From contig JBBTUX010000008.1 in NCBI GenBank assembly GCA_038063555.1, positions 1 through 60,357 of the forward strand: a stretch of DNA of 60,357 nt, given 5' to 3'. The notes under the pieces are model-generated. The model was not told where the DNA came from. It was given only the letters and a program-made list of their open reading frames with translations, and did no database searches. This document shows, piece by piece, positions 37,482 through 47,837 of this stretch (positions are counted from its first letter, which is position 1; every line of letters starts with the position of its first letter). A program made the position numbers and the translations under genes. Origin of the DNA: Patescibacteria group bacterium (GTDB taxonomy: Bacteria; Patescibacteriota; Minisyncoccia; Phycocordibacterales; JAKFXT01).

Positions 37482-38109
37482 ATGAAAACACCATTGGCTT
37501 TGATTCTGAGTATTTTCCTCACATTCCTTGTTGGAAACTCCCTGTCACAAGAATTTCCAAAGCCCGAATACACCAAGGGCTACTGGTGCGAATACGAGAG
37601 CAATTCTCGCGCCGCTGGAATCATTCGGCAGGAAATCATCGAGGTTTTCCCTGACGGTGGTCACAAGCTCTTCGTGAAAGATGGTCGCGGAAATTCCACA
37701 AGAATTTTCGACGGCAATCACCAGCTGGTTAAACGGGACAATATCGAGTATTCACCAGCTTGGGTAATGCCGAATTACCCACTCAAAGTGGGAATGACTG
37801 GGGGAGGAAAATTTAACTACCCCCACCCACGAATGCAAGGCAAGGTAGAGGCCGAAAGTAGCGTGTCCAGCGCTACCTTCGAAAAAGGTGTGACCGTTTC
37901 CGGCGGGAACTTTTGACACCATAAAGATCGAGGTTGTCACCGCCTATCGGGCTCCAAACGGTTACTCAGGTAGCATGGTACAAACCGCTTGGTTTCCGAC
38001 CGACCCCAAGATCAAGCGCTATGTGATGATGAAATTCGTTGACCGCGGAACTGGACCCGAGGAAATCCAACAGCTGATTGGCTGTGGCAACGCGAGCGAA
38101 ACGAAGTAA
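37482..38109 (+). pseudogene. GC-rich secreted protein gene interrupted by a +1 frameshift near 37897-37899
   Basis: Signal peptide MKTPLALILSIFLTFLVGNS and GGAG 6 nt upstream. The reading frame continues in +1 as PAGTFDTIKIEVVTAYRAPNG...ETK. Removing one T from GTTT restores VTVPAGTFDT. Confidence 0.65.
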
Positions 38110-38129
38110 ATGCTTCAATGACAAGTAAG

Positions 38130-38176
38130 GAGCGCGACGATTTGAAAAAGTCAGTCGCGCCCTCTTTGTTTTTTTA
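38130..38176 (+). terminator. intrinsic terminator
   Basis: GCGCGAC-15 nt-GTCGCGC followed by CCTCTTTGTTTTTTT. Confidence 0.65.
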
Positions 38177-39283
38177 AAATTTCCAACCTAATGTTTGAAG
38201 AAAATTTTTAAATGAATTATCAACAGATACTAAACTAACAATAAAACCTGCTACTTCATCAGTTTTTGGATCAGCGCTAGCTTTATTTTTTAAATATTGG
38301 AATATTTTTAAATTTCTGTCTTTCTCTTCATAAATATTCCTAAGAGTCGATACTATTTTGTCTGAATTTTGAGCAAGGTTTTCTATACTAAGATAAATCG
38401 CGTAATTAAAATGAAGAAACATTAGAGTATTTCTATCGTTATATAGATTTGCATAATCAGAACCCTTAACATACGCATCTGTTGGATCCCCCAATATATA
38501 ACCCGCCCTTTTTAAATTTGTCGAAAGTATTAATTTTCTATTATAAATAACCGGCAATTGATCTATATTCGGACTTCCTCTTAAAACTTCTATGCCTATG
38601 TCTGCCACAGTTATGTCATTTTTTATTTCTGAAATAAGATTTTCTTTTTCAACTTGCTTTTGAGGGGGCAGGTTCATTAAATCCCTAGCTTTATAATCGG
38701 CTGACCTTAAAGATAAAATTGGTAATGCCTGAAAGGACTTCCCATATTCTACTAATTTTCTCAAAGCATTATCTTTGTTTCCATCTGCAAAGAAACCTTT
38801 GTAAGGGTCATCAGAAAAAATAATATTAAATAAATTTGTGTCATTGGTGGAAAAATACTCTTGAGCCAAAAACTGTACGGAGTAAGCCTTTGTTATATTA
38901 GAGACAGTACTAGACGATATTAGATTCTTAAACAAAGAAACGGATTCCTTCACATTGCCACTTCTATAAGTAGCCAGTGCTACTCTAAAAGAAATACTAT
39001 CAATATCAGATTGTGAAAATGCTTGCGCTAAAGCTTTTTTATATGACTCCAATGCCTGACTAGGATCTTCACCAAGAAGAGATTCTGCCTTGGCAAAATC
39101 TTCGTTTCTATTTGCCAAATCATTTCTATTAGAAGCCGTATTTATGACTTCAACTTTTTTTGTTTTAAACATTGGTAGTTTTTCTTTTAATAAAAACAAA
39201 GTAAAAATTATCCCACCCAAAACAAGAAGCCAAATGGCTATCTTTATTAATTTCCCCAAATTATCATCTTTGTTTTCTTCCAT
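38174..39283 (-). CDS. membrane-anchored hypothetical protein
   Basis: 369-aa ORF with one N-terminal TM segment. Confidence 0.6.
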   Translation of the reverse strand: MEENKDDNLGKLIKIAIWLLVLGGIIFTLFLLKEKLPMFKTKKVEVINTASNRNDLANRNEDFAKAESLLGEDPSQALESYKKALAQAFSQSDIDSISFRVALATYRSGNVKESVSLFKNLISSSTVSNITKAYSVQFLAQEYFSTNDTNLFNIIFSDDPYKGFFADGNKDNALRKLVEYGKSFQALPILSLRSADYKARDLMNLPPQKQVEKENLISEIKNDITVADIGIEVLRGSPNIDQLPVIYNRKLILSTNLKRAGYILGDPTDAYVKGSDYANLYNDRNTLMFLHFNYAIYLSIENLAQNSDKIVSTLRNIYEEKDRNLKIFQYLKNKASADPKTDEVAGFIVSLVSVDNSFKNFLQTLGWKF

Positions 39284-39307
39284 ATTTTAAAAATTATATA
39301 CTTTATT

Positions 39308-39559
39308 TCACCAACTATCACAACCGCTACTAGCGCCACCAACGCCACTATCACAGCCACCATCATAATAAACATAATAAACCGCGGGATCACCTTCATA
39401 AGGCACATATGGCACTTCTACTGGCACGGGAACATCGGCCGATGAAACTTTTACAATAGAGGATTCCTTTTCTTGAGAATTAAAAAATGTCGAAACAATG
39501 GGCAACAAAAAAACAACAGTGAGAGTATACAAGGTTATTTTTATAAAACTTTTAATCAT
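39308..39559 (-). CDS. small secreted hypothetical protein
   Basis: 83 aa with a signal/TM segment at the N-terminus. Confidence 0.45.
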   Translation of the reverse strand: MIKSFIKITLYTLTVVFLLPIVSTFFNSQEKESSIVKVSSADVPVPVEVPYVPYEGDPAVYYVYYDGGCDSGVGGASSGCDSW

Positions 39560-39571
39560 TTTTTTAAATTA

Positions 39572-40063
39572 TTATAATATACAGGTTTGTATTTGTTCAT
39601 AGGAAACTTTTATTGCTTCTGTTTTTTGACTTAACCTATTTGACTCTGTTGGCAAACCAAGTTCTATCCATTTTTCAATACCACCATCAATTCTAACCAT
39701 GTTGGTAAAACCATAATGTTGCAAATAACTATAAGCAACACCAGATGCACGACCACCACTGCATATTAGAACTATATCTTTTCCTTTTTTTGGTAGGATT
39801 TTTCTTTCATCATAAAGAGTGTGGAGCGGTTTGTTTACAGAACCTTTAGCGTGTATTTGATTATAAGCATCTTCTCCCCTAACATCTATAAAAATGTAAT
39901 TATCTGGATCTTTCGAAAACTTTTCATAAAAAGTAGCCCCGTCTATATCTTTAATGGTTGGTTCTATCATATCCGTATAGCGAAGAGGTGTGCCATAAAT
40001 TAGCAACAAGGTGAAAATAAATGTACCCGCAACCGTTAATAAATACTTATTTATTTGACTCAT
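39572..40063 (-). CDS. membrane-anchored rhodanese-domain protein
   Basis: ..FIDVRGEDAY..H..GS.N.., active-site loop CSGGRAS. Confidence 0.75.
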   Translation of the reverse strand: MSQINKYLLTVAGTFIFTLLLIYGTPLRYTDMIEPTIKDIDGATFYEKFSKDPDNYIFIDVRGEDAYNQIHAKGSVNKPLHTLYDERKILPKKGKDIVLICSGGRASGVAYSYLQHYGFTNMVRIDGGIEKWIELGLPTESNRLSQKTEAIKVSYEQIQTCIL

Positions 40064-40134
40064 AATATATAAAGTGATTTTATTGTATCCTTTTGTTAAA
40101 ATATAGCTCTGAAAGAGGTTTTTGTCTTCAAATT

Positions 40135-41799
40135 ATGTGGATAAAGTATATGGATAAAAATTTACTAAATTTAAAAAATATAATAGAGGAAAAGGTGTTT
40201 TTAAGTAAAAAAAATGCCAAAATTGCTAACGATACAGGCAGGGAAATAGACTGGGTTTTTGATTTCAGAAAAATACTCTTTGATGTTGAAATATTAAATC
40301 AAATATCCAATCTATTTTTAGAAAAACTAAAAGATTTGCCTAAATTTCAAATCGGAGGATTAGAAACGGCCTCTATCCCAATAATTACTTCCGTCATTTT
40401 AAATTCAAACAAAAATATTTCTGGTTTTTATGTTCGTAAGTCGAGAGAAAAAAACGACTTACAAAATATGACTGAAGGGAATCTTACGGGTGAACCAATA
40501 GTTTTGGTAGATGACTTGATGAACAGGAGCTTGGGTTTTATAAGGCAAATTGAAGTATTGGAATCTTTAGGTAAAAAAGTAATAGCGGTCTGTACCATTT
40601 TACGCTTTCGTGACATTTCTTATTACAAATATTTAAATGATAAAGGCATAAAAATATTTTCACTATTTACACTGGAAGATTTCAAAGACACTTTAGGCAC
40701 ATCATTACTAGAGAATAAAATTAAAGAGAGTCCCGACTTTCCTTTTAAAATCAATTGGCAAGTAAAAATACCAAACCCAGCATATTTATATGTAGTCCCT
40801 AAATCAGCTCCAATTATTGATGAAAGTTTCATTTATTTTGGAAGTGATAGTGGTAATTTCTGGGCATTAAATCAAGAAACTGGTAAAGAGGTTTGGCGCT
40901 TCAAAATACTGGGGTTCGGGGCTAATGGGAAAACGATTTTTTCTTCCCCTACTCTATACAAGGAATTTGTTTATTTTGGTGCCTATGATGGTAATTTCTA
41001 TGCCCTAAACAAAGAAACCGGCAAGAAAAAATGGATATTTATGGAAGCTGATTGGATAGGCTCATCCCCCGCTATAGCGGAAGATCTAGGACTTATATAT
41101 GTTGGGCTTGAATTTGGTTTTTGGAAAAAAAGAGGTGGTATTGTGGCATTAAATGCTGAAACCGGAAAGAAAAAATGGGAATGTAAATTTGATGGCTTGA
41201 CTCACAGCTCTCCTGCTTATTATAAAAAAAATAAGTTCGTGGTCATTGGATCAAACGATGGTGGAGTATATTGTTTCAAAGCAAAAACAGGAGAAATGAT
41301 TTGGAAATTCCAAACAGGAGGCGAGGTTAAGGCATCTTTTGATTTTGATGAGAAAAAAGAACTTGTAACTTTTGGTTCTCATGACGGAAAACTATATATT
41401 TTAAAAGTAAAAACAGGAGAAGTTGTACACACATATGATACAGGCATGGTTATATACTCGTCCCCATTGATTTATGATAATAAGGTCTTCTTTGCTTCAC
41501 TTAACAAATTCATTTATTGCATTGATTTAAATAATTTCGAATTAATTTGGAAATTTGAAACTCAAGGAAGAATTTTTGCTAGCCCCATAGCTATAGATGG
41601 AAAAATTTATATAGGATCTAATGATGCAAGATTATATGAAATAGAACCACAAACTGGAAAAAACACGGGAATATTCCAATCAGTAGAAAGGATTGTTAAC
41701 AAAATCGCCTACAATGAGAAAACAAAAAGATTTTTCGTACCAACTTTTGCTAATGAGATTTACTGTTTAAGTAAAACGGTAAAAGATGTTGATATATAA
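40135..41799 (+). CDS. phosphoribosyltransferase-like domain fused to a PQQ-like beta-propeller
   Basis: N-terminal ~190 aa are PRTase-like (..GGLETASIPI.., ..PIVLVDDLMNRS..). C-terminal repeated G.DGNFYALN.ETGK..W blades. Start uncertain (ATG 40135 or 40150). Confidence 0.65.
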   Translation: MWIKYMDKNLLNLKNIIEEKVFLSKKNAKIANDTGREIDWVFDFRKILFDVEILNQISNLFLEKLKDLPKFQIGGLETASIPIITSVILNSNKNISGFYVRKSREKNDLQNMTEGNLTGEPIVLVDDLMNRSLGFIRQIEVLESLGKKVIAVCTILRFRDISYYKYLNDKGIKIFSLFTLEDFKDTLGTSLLENKIKESPDFPFKINWQVKIPNPAYLYVVPKSAPIIDESFIYFGSDSGNFWALNQETGKEVWRFKILGFGANGKTIFSSPTLYKEFVYFGAYDGNFYALNKETGKKKWIFMEADWIGSSPAIAEDLGLIYVGLEFGFWKKRGGIVALNAETGKKKWECKFDGLTHSSPAYYKKNKFVVIGSNDGGVYCFKAKTGEMIWKFQTGGEVKASFDFDEKKELVTFGSHDGKLYILKVKTGEVVHTYDTGMVIYSSPLIYDNKVFFASLNKFIYCIDLNNFELIWKFETQGRIFASPIAIDGKIYIGSNDARLYEIEPQTGKNTGIFQSVERIVNKIAYNEKTKRFFVPTFANEIYCLSKTVKDVDI

Positions 41800-41919
41800 G
41801 GTTATTTTACACTTTTTGCACAGGTGGGTCGGGTTGTGACTTTGACTTTTGATGTTTATTGGAGTTCAATTAAGGGTGGATAGCGTTGCCCTCGCGACGC
41901 CAAAAAAGAGGACATTGCC

Positions 41920-42444
41920 ATGAAAGCACTATTGCTTCTGCTGGTTGCAGTTGCCTTCCCGGCGTTCGCATGGATGCCGGAGGATTTCAAACCAATCATG
42001 ATCGAGCGTTCTGGTGGTCTCACCGAGAACATCTTCGATCTTGACCACGCCATCAAGGTGGCTCAGGAAAAAAAGAAGCTCATCTTCATCTACATCAGCG
42101 CCAACGATTGTTCTTGGTGTGCCAGGTATGAGGAATTTCTCAAAACGAACAAGGAGGCGATGAAAGAAATCTTTGCCCCCTATGTCGTGGCGAATCTCTT
42201 CGTTAATACCAGAGGAGGAGCCAAGCCAACCTTCCGTATTGGCGGTCAGATCTATAATGCCAACGGGTTCAGGGCACTCGTCGGGGATAAGGCAGGACTT
42301 TGCTATTATCCTTGCTTCTGGGCTCTGACACCGGACCTCAAGCAGGTGAGACAGCAACCGCGCGGCGCCACGTACTACATGACGGTCGAGGGGCACGCTA
42401 AGTTGCTCCAATCCGAGAAGGACGTCCTGGCGGCACAGAAGTAA
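41920..42444 (+). CDS. GC-rich secreted thioredoxin-fold protein (CSWC motif)
   Basis: Signal peptide MKALLLLLVAVAFPAFA and ..IFIYISANDCSWCARYEE... GAGG lies upstream. Confidence 0.7.
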   Translation: MKALLLLLVAVAFPAFAWMPEDFKPIMIERSGGLTENIFDLDHAIKVAQEKKKLIFIYISANDCSWCARYEEFLKTNKEAMKEIFAPYVVANLFVNTRGGAKPTFRIGGQIYNANGFRALVGDKAGLCYYPCFWALTPDLKQVRQQPRGATYYMTVEGHAKLLQSEKDVLAAQK

Positions 42445-42470
42445 GTCTCTGTGTCCGGAAACAGAATTCA

Positions 42471-42500
42471 AGCCCCGCGCACGCGGGGCTTTTTTTTATT
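42471..42500 (+). terminator. intrinsic terminator
   Basis: AGCCCCGC-gcac-GCGGGGCT followed by TTTTTTTATTTTTT. Confidence 0.85.
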
Positions 42501-42511
42501 TTTTAAAAAAC

Positions 42512-43489
42512 TTACTCCCCTTCTACGACTTCCCCGTGCTCCTTGGTTTGGAGTAATTCAATAATATCTTCAATTTCACCATCTAAAATACCTGGTAAAT
42601 TGTGCCAACTTTCTTTAATTCTATGATCTGTCACTCTGTCTTGGGGAAAATTATAGGTCCTTATCTTTTCATTTCTATTACCTGTTCCTATTTGAGATTT
42701 TCTATTACCGGACTCCGTACTTGCTTCTTTTTCATCTTGAAGAACTTGTAACTTTGCCGAAAGGATGGCGAGGGCTTTTTCTCTGTTTTTTTGCTGACTT
42801 CGCTCTGAAGTACAACGTACATCAAGGCCTGTGGGTTTATGAACAATGCGCACAGCTGTTTCTACTTTGTTTACATTTTGACCACCAGCTCCACCTGAAC
42901 GAGAAAATTCTACTTCCAAGTCAGCTGGATTTATTTCAATTTTTGATTTTTTAACAATAGGCAAAATTACAATACTTGCGGTTGAAGTATGAAGACGCCC
43001 AGATTTTTCTGTAGCGGGAATTCTTTGCACTCTATGAACCCCTGTTTCAAATCTAAGTTTCTTGTAAACACCCTCTCCTGTTATTTCAAAAGTGGCTTCT
43101 TTATATCCATCAAGTGAACTTTTGGACTCATAAACATTTTTAAATTGCCAATTAACCTTTTGCGCGTAGCGCTCATACATCCGAGCAAGTTGCCAAGCAA
43201 AAAGAGCCGCTTCTTCCCCACCCGTTCCCGCTCTTACTTCCAAAATTATTTCATTGGGAAATTTTTCTTCCTTTTCATCTTCCTTAACTATATTTTCCAT
43301 TTGATTCCAAACCGTTTCTTTTTCTTCTTTAATTCGTAAAAGGTCTTCCTTTCCCAATTCGGCCAATTCTTTATTTTCGCTAATCGTCTTTTCCAATTCT
43401 GTCTCTTCTTTGAACAATTGTTCAAAACGCCCCGCCAAATAACTGGTTTTATAATTTTCTTTAAAATTTTTTAGGCGTCCTTTGTCCAT
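42512..43489 (-). CDS. prfA: peptide chain release factor 1
   Basis: PAT tripeptide (RIPATE) and GGQ ([17 protein letters not shown]). Confidence 0.88.
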   Translation of the reverse strand: MDKGRLKNFKENYKTSYLAGRFEQLFKEETELEKTISENKELAELGKEDLLRIKEEKETVWNQMENIVKEDEKEEKFPNEIILEVRAGTGGEEAALFAWQLARMYERYAQKVNWQFKNVYESKSSLDGYKEATFEITGEGVYKKLRFETGVHRVQRIPATEKSGRLHTSTASIVILPIVKKSKIEINPADLEVEFSRSGGAGGQNVNKVETAVRIVHKPTGLDVRCTSERSQQKNREKALAILSAKLQVLQDEKEASTESGNRKSQIGTGNRNEKIRTYNFPQDRVTDHRIKESWHNLPGILDGEIEDIIELLQTKEHGEVVEGE

Positions 43490-43517
43490 AGTTTTAATTA
43501 TATTTCAAATGCGTAGC

Positions 43518-43562
43518 GAAACACTCCCTCCCTCCGCCTGAGGCGGAGGGAGGGAGTGTTTC
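43518..43562. terminator. 21-bp GC-rich hairpin downstream of rpmE
   Basis: GAAACACTCCCTCCCTCCGCC-tga-GGCGGAGGGAGGGAGTGTTTC. Confidence 0.55.
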
Positions 43563-43567
43563 TTAAG

Positions 43568-43807
43568 TTATTTTGAGCTCTTTTTTTTAGAAGATTTAGC
43601 CGGTTTAGCGGCGAGAGCGCGGGTCTTGAATTTTTCCACGCGTCCGGCCGTATCCAATATCTTTTCATTACCTGTATAAAATGGATGGCATTTACTGCAA
43701 ATTTCAACTTTTATTTTTTCTGTGGTAGAACCAACAGTAAAATGCGCCCCGCAGACGCAGGTAACATTGGATTCGGCAAAGTATTTCGGATGTATCTCGG
43801 TTTTCAT
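43568..43807 (-). CDS. rpmE: 50S ribosomal protein L31
   Basis: MKTEIHPKY....C.CG......S......V.ICS.CHPFYTG. Confidence 0.88.
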   Translation of the reverse strand: MKTEIHPKYFAESNVTCVCGAHFTVGSTTEKIKVEICSKCHPFYTGNEKILDTAGRVEKFKTRALAAKPAKSSKKKSSK

Positions 43808-43900
43808 TGAAGTGCCACTTTAACACAAAAAAGTGCTAATGCAAGCGTAGTGAATTAGAGTTTTTGTCTTTCTTAAACTCCCACACAAACATTACACGCC

Positions 43901-43946
43901 CCCTTACCCCATAGGACACCCCATAGGACAGTCCTATGGGGTAAAA
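43901..43946. repeat. CCCCATAGGAC repeat, copy 3
   Basis: CCCCCTTACCCCATAGGACACCCCATAGGACAGTCCTATGGGGTA. The first 19 nt are identical to copy 2. Confidence 0.85.
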
Positions 43947-43973
43947 TAATTCACATAATTATAAATCTTGTTT

Positions 43974-45320
43974 TTAGCGGGACGAGTTAAGTATATTAAT
44001 CTGCCCCTGATATTTATCGGCCAATTCCATAACGTCATTTCCATAAAATGCATAGGCCGACTTTGTGGCATTTGCCCAACCAGCTAAATAACGCAATGCC
44101 GCAAGACGCTCTGATGCACGGGTCCCCTTCGTGGCGCCATTATCAGCCATCAATGTAGCGGAAGCCATAAAAGCGTCTTTAGGGTTCCATGGACTTGGTG
44201 GTTGATTACCGGTAAGTTTTCCAATTCTATCTTTATTGGCATCATAATTACAAACAGGTGGTGTTTGTAATTTATCGCAAGAAAAACCAGCGTAAAGAAT
44301 CCAAGTGGAAGGAATAAACTGTGCCGGTCCCATAGCTCCTCCCCAGCCATACCAAGCCCTCTTTGAAACGGGCGCGGTATCCGGATTTAGCCCCATAATT
44401 CTCATTATTTCGGCAAACAATGGCTGATCCCTTGTGGGGTGCATATCTATTCTCCAATTGCCAGTCCCCACGTTTTCTCCAAGATTTGACTCTTCAGCGA
44501 TTATGCCGAGAATTAAAGCTGGTCTCACCCTTGTTTTACTTGATGCAAAATTGGCATATTCGAGGGCTTTTTCAAAAGGAATGGCGGCAGAACCTTGTAA
44601 TTGGAAAAGTTCAGACCTAATTTGGGCTGCTGTTTTTTGTTTTTCGGATAAAACTTTTTGATATTCTTTTTCCAATCCCTTTGAAATACTTAAAATGCTT
44701 TTTTTATCTTTTTCTTGTTGTTCTATTTTCTTTTTCTCAAGTTCTTGAATATGCAGAAGTTCTGTTTGTTCGTTTCTCTTACCTTCCAAATTTTCTTTTT
44801 CTTCTTCCGTTTCCCCTTTGGTATCTTTGACAGCGCCAAGGGATGTCTGCAAGGCATCATTGACCGATTTGAATGAGTCTATATCAGAAAAAAATTCAGA
44901 AATGCTTTTATTACCCAAAGCCATTTCCACCACGGAATAATTGTCTATTTCGTCAGTTTTTCGCAAGATTTGCGATAACGATTGTCTTTCTCTGTCTAAT
45001 TTCTCTGAAAGCGTTCCTATAACCTTTGTTTTTTGTTTTACCTCATCAGATAGTTTTTCAATACTCAAATTACGGGCTTTTATAGAAAGTTTGGCTTCGC
45101 TAATTTTAGCATTCAAAATAGCCACGTCTCTTTCCAAAGAAACGGATTCTTTCTGTCTAGCTTCAAGCACCTTTTGCTGGTCGGTTATTTGTTTTTCCAC
45201 GTCTTGAAGTTGACGTTCAAGTTCAACGCGACGCTCAACCGAAAGCTGACCCGAAACTTGGGCATTAGTAATTAAAGGAAAAACCAAAAAAAACAACAAA
45301 ATTGAAATTGTTGACCGCAT
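43974..45320 (-). CDS. secreted coiled-coil protein with C-terminal lytic transglycosylase-like domain
   Basis: Signal peptide, long coiled coil, then ..WYGWGGAMGPAQFIPSTW... Confidence 0.65.
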   Translation of the reverse strand: MRSTISILLFFLVFPLITNAQVSGQLSVERRVELERQLQDVEKQITDQQKVLEARQKESVSLERDVAILNAKISEAKLSIKARNLSIEKLSDEVKQKTKVIGTLSEKLDRERQSLSQILRKTDEIDNYSVVEMALGNKSISEFFSDIDSFKSVNDALQTSLGAVKDTKGETEEEKENLEGKRNEQTELLHIQELEKKKIEQQEKDKKSILSISKGLEKEYQKVLSEKQKTAAQIRSELFQLQGSAAIPFEKALEYANFASSKTRVRPALILGIIAEESNLGENVGTGNWRIDMHPTRDQPLFAEIMRIMGLNPDTAPVSKRAWYGWGGAMGPAQFIPSTWILYAGFSCDKLQTPPVCNYDANKDRIGKLTGNQPPSPWNPKDAFMASATLMADNGATKGTRASERLAALRYLAGWANATKSAYAFYGNDVMELADKYQGQINILNSSR

Positions 45321-45401
45321 GCCTCAACATTATATCATGTCCCGATTTTGGAAATTAAAAACAAAATATGGCGGCAGGAATAATGCGAAATAATCAGAGG
45401 A

Positions 45402-46091
45402 TTATTTCTTTTCCGGCTTCTTTTCAGCTTTCTTTTCTGCTCTTTCTTCAACAACCTCCGCTCCCTCTTCTTCCACTTTGCCCTTCTTTTCTACTTCAAT
45501 AGTTGAAAGGTCAATAGGTTCTTCGACTATTTCTTCTTTAGCAACAGTGATAGAGGCAACCACTTCCGTAACATCTCCAGTTGGGCGCACACCGTTTGGC
45601 AATTTCAAGTCAGCAACAGTGATTTGACTGTCCAAACCAAGAAGAGCGCTAATATCCACCGCAATAGTGTGTGGTAAATCTTTTGGTTCGGCTTCAATTT
45701 CAATTTCACGCATAACCTTAACCAAAATACCGCCCAAACTTTTTACCGCTTCTGACTCTCCTTCAAAATGAAGCGGAACGTCAATTTTTACTTTGCGTCC
45801 TTTCTCCAAAATATAAAAATCGGCGTGGCGCACATCCCCTTTTATAGGGTCAAAATCAACTTCGTGAATTAACGCTTCCAGTTTTTTACCTTGATTATCC
45901 AGCGTCACAACACTGGACTCACCTGCTTTTTTATAAACTTTTGTAAATTCACTTTTCTGTAAAACAACTGGGGTTGCCTTCTCTTTGCGACCATAATAAA
46001 CAGCCGCCATTTTATCTTTTGGGAGACGCTTTGATGTCTTTCCGAGTATTTCTCTTGGGGTTATTGTAAGTGTAAATTGATTTTCCGACAT
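45402..46091 (-). CDS. rplY: 50S ribosomal protein L25/Ctc
   Basis: Start set at MSENQF. ..ALIHEVDFDPIKGDVRHADF.. plus a Lys/Glu-rich tail. Confidence 0.8.
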   Translation of the reverse strand: MSENQFTLTITPREILGKTSKRLPKDKMAAVYYGRKEKATPVVLQKSEFTKVYKKAGESSVVTLDNQGKKLEALIHEVDFDPIKGDVRHADFYILEKGRKVKIDVPLHFEGESEAVKSLGGILVKVMREIEIEAEPKDLPHTIAVDISALLGLDSQITVADLKLPNGVRPTGDVTEVVASITVAKEEIVEEPIDLSTIEVEKKGKVEEEGAEVVEERAEKKAEKKPEKK

Positions 46092-46137
46092 AAGGCACCA
46101 GTATACTGATTTTGCCTCTAAAGGCAAGACCATTTCT

Positions 46138-46998
46138 CTATAGATTATTGAAAAGACGCAGCCGTTTTTCTACCACTTTTTCTACCGCTTCAATCACCGG
46201 TTTCATCATTTTATACGGAGCTACTTCATCCGGATTATCTTCCATACTCTTTTTTATAGCATCATGATAGGCCACACGCAGTTCTGTGCTTATATGCACA
46301 ATAGCAATACCGGCTTTTATAGCATTAACAAAATCTTCATCTTCCGTCCCAGAACCACCGTGAAGGACGAGTGGCTTATTTGTTACTTCACTTATTTCTT
46401 TTATTCTTCCTATGTTCAATCTCGGGTCTTTGGTGTTGCGAAGCATGCCGTGAATATTTCCAACGGACGGCGCAAATAAATCTATACCTGTTTCTCTGAC
46501 GAATTTTCTAGCTTCATCTGCTGTAGTCAAATTTGAAAGTGAAACCCCTTCTGGAATTTCGTCCAACACCTTTGAAGACATACCTATGTAACCGAGTTCC
46601 GCTTCAACTAAAATATTTGGATTAACTTTTCTTGCATAATCCACACATTGCTTAGTTATTTTTACATTTTCTTCAAAACTTAATTTGGCGCCATCAAAAA
46701 TTACACTGTCATAACCTTCATCAATTACTTCCTTAACTCTTTCAAACGAATAGGTGTGGTCTGCGTTTAGAAAAATTGGGTGATTGAATTCTTCCTTTGC
46801 GGCATTCACCAATGCTCGTGCCTCACGTATTCCTATAAAATCTCTTTCTCCTTCGGAAACTCCAATAATTACTGGTAAATTTAATTTTCTAGCCGCATTA
46901 ATTACCGCCCAAAAAACTTCAATGTTGGAAATATTAAAATGTCCTATAGCCACACCGCGACTTAATGCATCAGCAATATATTCTTTGTAAGATTTCAT
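46138..46998 (-). CDS. fba: class II fructose-bisphosphate aldolase family
   Basis: ..GVAIGHFN.., NADH, LVLHGGSG. Confidence 0.85.
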   Translation of the reverse strand: MKSYKEYIADALSRGVAIGHFNISNIEVFWAVINAARKLNLPVIIGVSEGERDFIGIREARALVNAAKEEFNHPIFLNADHTYSFERVKEVIDEGYDSVIFDGAKLSFEENVKITKQCVDYARKVNPNILVEAELGYIGMSSKVLDEIPEGVSLSNLTTADEARKFVRETGIDLFAPSVGNIHGMLRNTKDPRLNIGRIKEISEVTNKPLVLHGGSGTEDEDFVNAIKAGIAIVHISTELRVAYHDAIKKSMEDNPDEVAPYKMMKPVIEAVEKVVEKRLRLFNNL

Positions 46999-47100
46999 TT
47001 ACAAAATTATAACACGATACTTTTTCTATTATTTTATATATTTGACAAAACCTTACTTATTATGCAATGTAATTTAAACCCCAACCAGAAAGGAAACCCC

Positions 47101-47571
47101 ATGGACTGGGAAAAAGTAAAAGAGTTCTTTTTCACGGCAATGATGCAGGGATGGGCGGTGGCGGGAAGCAAAAAAATAAAGATCCCCGATATGCCTGGAT
47201 ACAAAGCCATCGCCTTCCGAGAGGGTGACTTTTATCTTCTCGACCGTTACTGCGTAACGCCCAACTCGCTGAAATCGGCTGGGACAACAACCATCTGGTT
47301 CCGAAACGACCCGATTTGGGTCATGAATTACGAAGGATTCTACGAAGAAAGAGCAATCATACCCCTAAAGGAAGCTCTCTTCTTCAGTTACCGGACGGGC
47401 CAATTTGTTGGCGGTCGTGGGCCAAAGATTTATGTCGATGGCAACATGATCTATGTGAATCAGTCACGCCACAACGAATTCCAGGAGTTCGATGGCATCG
47501 AGGAAATCTTCGATGGAAGCAAAGAGGAATCCCTTGGCAACCACAAATACTCGGGAATGTCTCTCATATGA
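47101..47571 (+). CDS. GC-rich hypothetical cytoplasmic protein (156 aa)
   Basis: Start set at MDWEKVKEFF (ATG at 47101) with GAAAGGAA upstream. Followed by a terminator. Confidence 0.55.
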   Translation: MDWEKVKEFFFTAMMQGWAVAGSKKIKIPDMPGYKAIAFREGDFYLLDRYCVTPNSLKSAGTTTIWFRNDPIWVMNYEGFYEERAIIPLKEALFFSYRTGQFVGGRGPKIYVDGNMIYVNQSRHNEFQEFDGIEEIFDGSKEESLGNHKYSGMSLI

Positions 47572-47594
47572 ACAAGGTGGCCCTATGACCCACG

Positions 47595-47625
47595 CCGCGA
47601 CGCAAGTCGCGGTTTTCTTTTTCTT
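47595..47625 (+). terminator. intrinsic terminator
   Basis: CCGCGAC-gcaa-GTCGCGG followed by TTTTCTTTTTC. Confidence 0.75.
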
Positions 47626-47687
47626 ATACACTCCCCACCCGCACTTGTACTGCCCCACTCAAAGAAATTTTCCCACTACAGACTCTC

Positions 47688-47729
47688 AAGTCTTATGCTA
47701 GTGTTTTGCAAAACACTAGCATAAGACTT
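47688..47729. repeat. perfect 42-nt palindrome
   Basis: AAGTCTTATGCTAGTGTTTTG|CAAAACACTAGCATAAGACTT. Confidence 0.85.
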
Positions 47730-47837
47730 TTAGGAAATTGAAAAATAGTTTATGTCTTTCTTTTAAATCATAACTCGTTACTGAATAATCCACGCTCTAA
47801 GTAATGCCCCAATCGTAAAATAACATATAATACTTGA

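Noticed and set aside
37382-37576. 64-aa minus-strand ORF
   Set aside because: It overlaps the promoter, RBS and signal-peptide region of the plus-strand secreted-protein gene, and has no independent signals.
41929-42471. 180-aa minus-strand ORF
   Set aside because: It is antisense to the plus-strand gene, which has a signal peptide, a CxxC thioredoxin motif, an upstream GAGG and a downstream terminator.
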